Of a DNA stretch of 10,116 nucleotides, positions 7,047 to 10,116 are shown one piece after another. Made by a program: the position numbers and the translations under genes. The stretch is taken from the NCBI GenBank assembly GCA_965197925.1, contig CBDAOC010000006.1, positions 1 through 10,116 on the forward strand. Direction: 5' to 3'. The notes under the pieces are model-generated. The model was not told where the DNA came from. It saw only the letters and a program-made list of their open reading frames with translations, and made no database searches. The stretch comes from Nitrososphaerales archaeon. GTDB lineage: Archaea; Thermoproteota; Nitrososphaeria; Nitrososphaerales; UBA213. How positions within the stretch are numbered: the first letter of the stretch is position 1; each line of letters begins with the position of its first letter.

Positions 7047-8656
7047 CTAAGGATTTAGGATCACTGAAAGTGAAATTTCTAATGGAACAGTCTGTCCGTC
7101 AGCAGCCATTCTAGCTATCATTATTGTTCCTTCACCTCCCAATAAGTTACTAGGAATATCACCATACCTTGTTACAAAGTCCATGATATATACCTCCTTC
7201 ATTTTGGCAACCTGATCAGCAGGAACAAAGAACGGCTCTATCGGAATAAGTATAGAATCCCCCGCAGCATTAAACTAGTTAAGAGTTACCAAGGAATCAT
7301 GCCTAACCACAAAAATTCTATCTTTATCGAGAAATCCTAATTGCACCCTCACTTTGTGTTCCAGCCTGAAATCGTGATTCTGTATGGTAAAGACAACAAC
7401 CTTTCCCGTATCCCCAGCTGGCATCCTTCCAATAACAGCTTGTACACCTAACTCATTCACATTTTGTCCTGAATTAACTCTAATACCGTTAACACTATCT
7501 GGCATCAACCGCATTCTTGCAGATTGTTCTTCAAATAAGTTAGTAAAAGCAAGATCCAGATCATTTACGAATAATTGCAGGTTAGGCATATAGGATGATT
7601 GCTCAAATTTCTGAATATTATGATTTCTTAAATCTGAAATGTAAAGATTTCCCGAGCGTGACACAGCTATCCCAATAATACTAACTGATTTCTCATTTCC
7701 AGTACGGTAGGACTTTATTGAATCTACAAGATTGCCTTCATGATCATATTTTTCAACCAGACCAGCCTTGTTATCTGTTACGTACAATGAACCTCCATCA
7801 TCTATTGTTATGCCCTCCGGTGATGAAAGAGTATCCTTGGGTAGGAATGCTAAAAACCTCCCTTCACTATCGAACTTCTGGATACGATTACTAAATTTAT
7901 CTACTACATACACATTATCTTCCTTATCAATTGCAAGTCCTTGCGAAGTGTCAAGAATATCTCCAGTGGTACGTTCCTCTCTTACACCTAAAAGTTCCCA
8001 AGCCAATATGAACTGACCACGTTTGTCGAATTTTTGAATTCTTTGGTTTCTACTATCGGCAACATATATATTTCTAGCAGAATCGGTCGCAATACCTCTG
8101 GGACCATCGAAGAATCCAGGTTGAGAAAAGTATGTTTCCGGTGATACTCCTTTTAGAGTTGAGGTTCTACTCTTAGCACCAGTTCGTGGAATTGGTTGTG
8201 CCCCATTTAGTCATAAAGTTTCCTTCACTATCAAACCTCTGAACATTATTATTAATTTGATCAGTGACAAACACATTTCCACGTAAATCTACAGCGATTC
8301 CGTATGGGGATCTAAATTGACCATTTAGGGTTCCATTAAATCCCCAAGATGTCACGAATTCTCCCTCTTCGGTGAATTTTTGAATACGCTGATTGTGAGA
8401 GTCAACTACGTACATATAGTCAAATCGATCGATCGCAATTCCTTTAGGATTGAGGAACTGACCCTCATCTCCTCTGTTCACCCATCAACGCGTTAAACTC
8501 AGGGGCATCGGTGTCCCCAAATGTGTATGCACCAAAAAATACCATAACAAGTAAGAAGGTTGCCAGAATCAATGTCACAAGCTTGTTTGAGATTTTTAAT
8601 CCTCTATTCCTAAGACTTGGAGTTTTTTTCTGTTGTGAATAGACGCTAACCAACAT
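7047..8656 (-). pseudogene. NHL-repeat six-bladed beta-propeller protein with N-terminal TM/signal anchor and unrecognised C-terminal domain; disrupted (paralog B, about 535-537 aa reconstructed)
   Basis: Joins track ORFs 8465-8656, 8173-8481 and 7275-8006 with unlisted segments (about 8007-8201 and 7047-7274). Hydrophobic 'LVTLILATFLLVMVFFGAY' is followed by six repeats of the type F..P.GIA.D...+YV.D..N.RIQKF. Frameshifts lie near 8475 and 8200, an in-frame TAG at 7275-7277, and the true end is 'EISLSVILNP*' at 7047. GAGGA lies just upstream of ATG 8656. Confidence 0.88.
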
Positions 8657-8663
8657 CTTCCTC

Positions 8664-10114
8664 TTAAGGATTCAATATTCCAGATGCTGAGATTTCTACT
8701 ACAGCTCCAGGTGAATCCGCAGCAACACGAACAAGGATATTTGTTCCACCAGACTCGATCTGATCCGCAGGGACGAAGAATTTTTGGGGTAACGGTACGG
8801 TTACAGTACGGTTACGGCATCTCCCAAGTCACCTCTCTTCTTTAATACCAGTTTAACATCCTGTCTCACTGCAAATTCACCTCCTGTCTCTTCATAACCG
8901 AGTTGGATCCTCACCTTATGAGCACTGTTGGCATCTTTATTTTGTACAGTGATTCCTGTTATCTTTGCAGAATCCCCAATCGGGATTGAAGGGTCAACTC
9001 CCATAACAATAAGACCCCCAAATACATCAGAACTTTCTCCAGAGACCACAAGATTGCCATGCACACTGGATGGAAGTAAAATAGTTTCGGTAGTAGATCC
9101 TTTGATCATATTATCAAGCTTCTTATTTATCGCTTTCATAGTGTTTGAAACACCAGACCATGTTGATGCTATTGTACCAAATTTCACGATTCTATTATTC
9201 TCATGATCTGCAACATACACATAACCTAATGAATCAACCGTAATACCATTTATGGGAAAATCATCTTTATCATAGGTCCAATCCTCCAAAAGAATCCCAT
9301 TACTGTTGTACTTTTGTACTCTGCTATTGGATCCATCAGAGATGTAAACATTCCCGTCTCGATCAGAAATTATACTACTGGGAATTTCGAGAATTATCTT
9401 AAGATTTCCATCTTTGCTCCATCCATCAATAAACACACCGGAATTTGTAAACTTCTGCACACGGCAGTTAACATTGTCAATGACATAAACGGCTCCAAAA
9501 GGATCCGCAGTTATAGCAAACGGATCAATAAATTGGCCATCAGATGGATCATAAGTACTCCACTCAAGAATGAACCTGCCATCTGTTGAAAACTTCTGCA
9601 CACGTTTATTTCAATTGTCAACCACATATACACTGTCTTCATTATCAATCGCGATGCCCGTCGGGTTCCAGAAATATCCTGGCCGCGATCCCTTTTTTCC
9701 CCAGCTTAAGGTAAAGTTGCCCTCATCTGAAAATACCTGTACGTTATTTTTGATTTGATCTGTGACAAAGATGTTTGCTTTAGAATCAAGGGCTATTCCA
9801 TATGGACGTTTGAACTGTCCATCATCTCCTCCCAAGTCACCTATCTGTGAAATATACCTCCCTCTATCTGCGAACTTTTGAACACGAGCATTTCCCGCAT
9901 CTATAACATAAACATATCCCTTGTTATCTACAGTAAGACTTTGTGGTAAATTAAACCTTCCATCAGTATCTCCTTGCTTCCCCAAGTCAGCTACGGTTAT
10001 ATAATCTAGACCAAAGTTGTCGGAGCTAGAGAGTTGTCTGTTTACATTAGCATACGCTAGCGAAACAGCAAACAAAGATACCACGGCAATTCCAGCTAAT
10101 GTTTTCCTGTTCAT
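8664..10114 (-). pseudogene. NHL-repeat six-bladed beta-propeller protein with signal peptide and unrecognised C-terminal domain; disrupted (paralog A, about 479 aa reconstructed)
   Basis: Signal peptide 'MNRKTLAGIAVVSLFAVSLAYA' and six NHL repeats. An in-frame TGA at 9611-9613 falls inside repeat 3 (VYVVDN*NKRVQKF). An 11-nt tandem duplication at 8795-8816 shifts the frame. The restored tail is 'DAVTVPLPQKFFVPADQIESGGTNILVRVAADSPGAVVEISASGILNP*', with TAA at 8664-8666. Confidence 0.9.
8795..8816. repeat. 11-bp tandem duplication causing a frameshift in NHL paralog A
   Basis: The plus strand reads GTACGGTTACA GTACGGTTACG (10/11 identical). Removing one unit restores the frame and the alignment to paralog B. 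Confidence 0.9.
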
Positions 10115-10116
10115 TA

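Noticed and set aside
9611..9613. In-frame TGA (and TAG at 7275-7277) as selenocysteine, pyrrolysine or genetic-code reassignment
   Set aside because: sucC and the methyltransferase end in TGA and sucD ends in TAG, so both codons are real stops here. The same genes also carry frameshifts, and the positions are not catalytic Cys-like sites. Ordinary nonsense mutation is simpler.
7384..9758. Plus-strand ORFs 7384-7593, 7768-8016, 8928-9206, 9314-9589 and 9570-9758, two sharing 'NLPS..NF..RL..LSTTYTLSSLSIA'
   Set aside because: The shared text is just the antisense translation of homologous NHL repeats, not a peptide family.
1..10116. CRISPR array, diversity-generating retroelement or other repeat-guided system
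   Set aside because: I found no regularly spaced nucleotide repeats, no reverse transcriptase or cas motifs, and no near-identical template/variable repeat pair. The NHL repeats are divergent at the DNA level.

Overview
AT-rich archaeal window, most consistent with Nitrososphaerota (Thaumarchaeota). That assignment rests on an archaeal L40e, a tRNA with no encoded CCA, TATA boxes about 26-32 nt upstream of start codons, and the character of the proteins. The left half is an intact core block: the 3' part of an Ig-like repeat protein (+), tRNA-Val(CAC), rpl40e (missed by the ORF track), sucD and sucC, and a class I SAM methyltransferase (all -). The rest is decaying accessory DNA. It holds a probable methyltransferase relic, a ~230-bp IS903-like MITE with both terminal inverted repeats, and a degenerate IS5-family (IS427-like) element. 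It also holds two tandem paralogous secreted or membrane-anchored six-bladed NHL beta-propeller genes. Both are broken by stops and frameshifts, and they share a ~130-155 aa C-terminal domain I do not recognise (HKVRxQLG ... FFVPADQ ... RxAAD ... EISxSxILNP). That domain is the best candidate for something undescribed. All calls are by eye; no searches were run.
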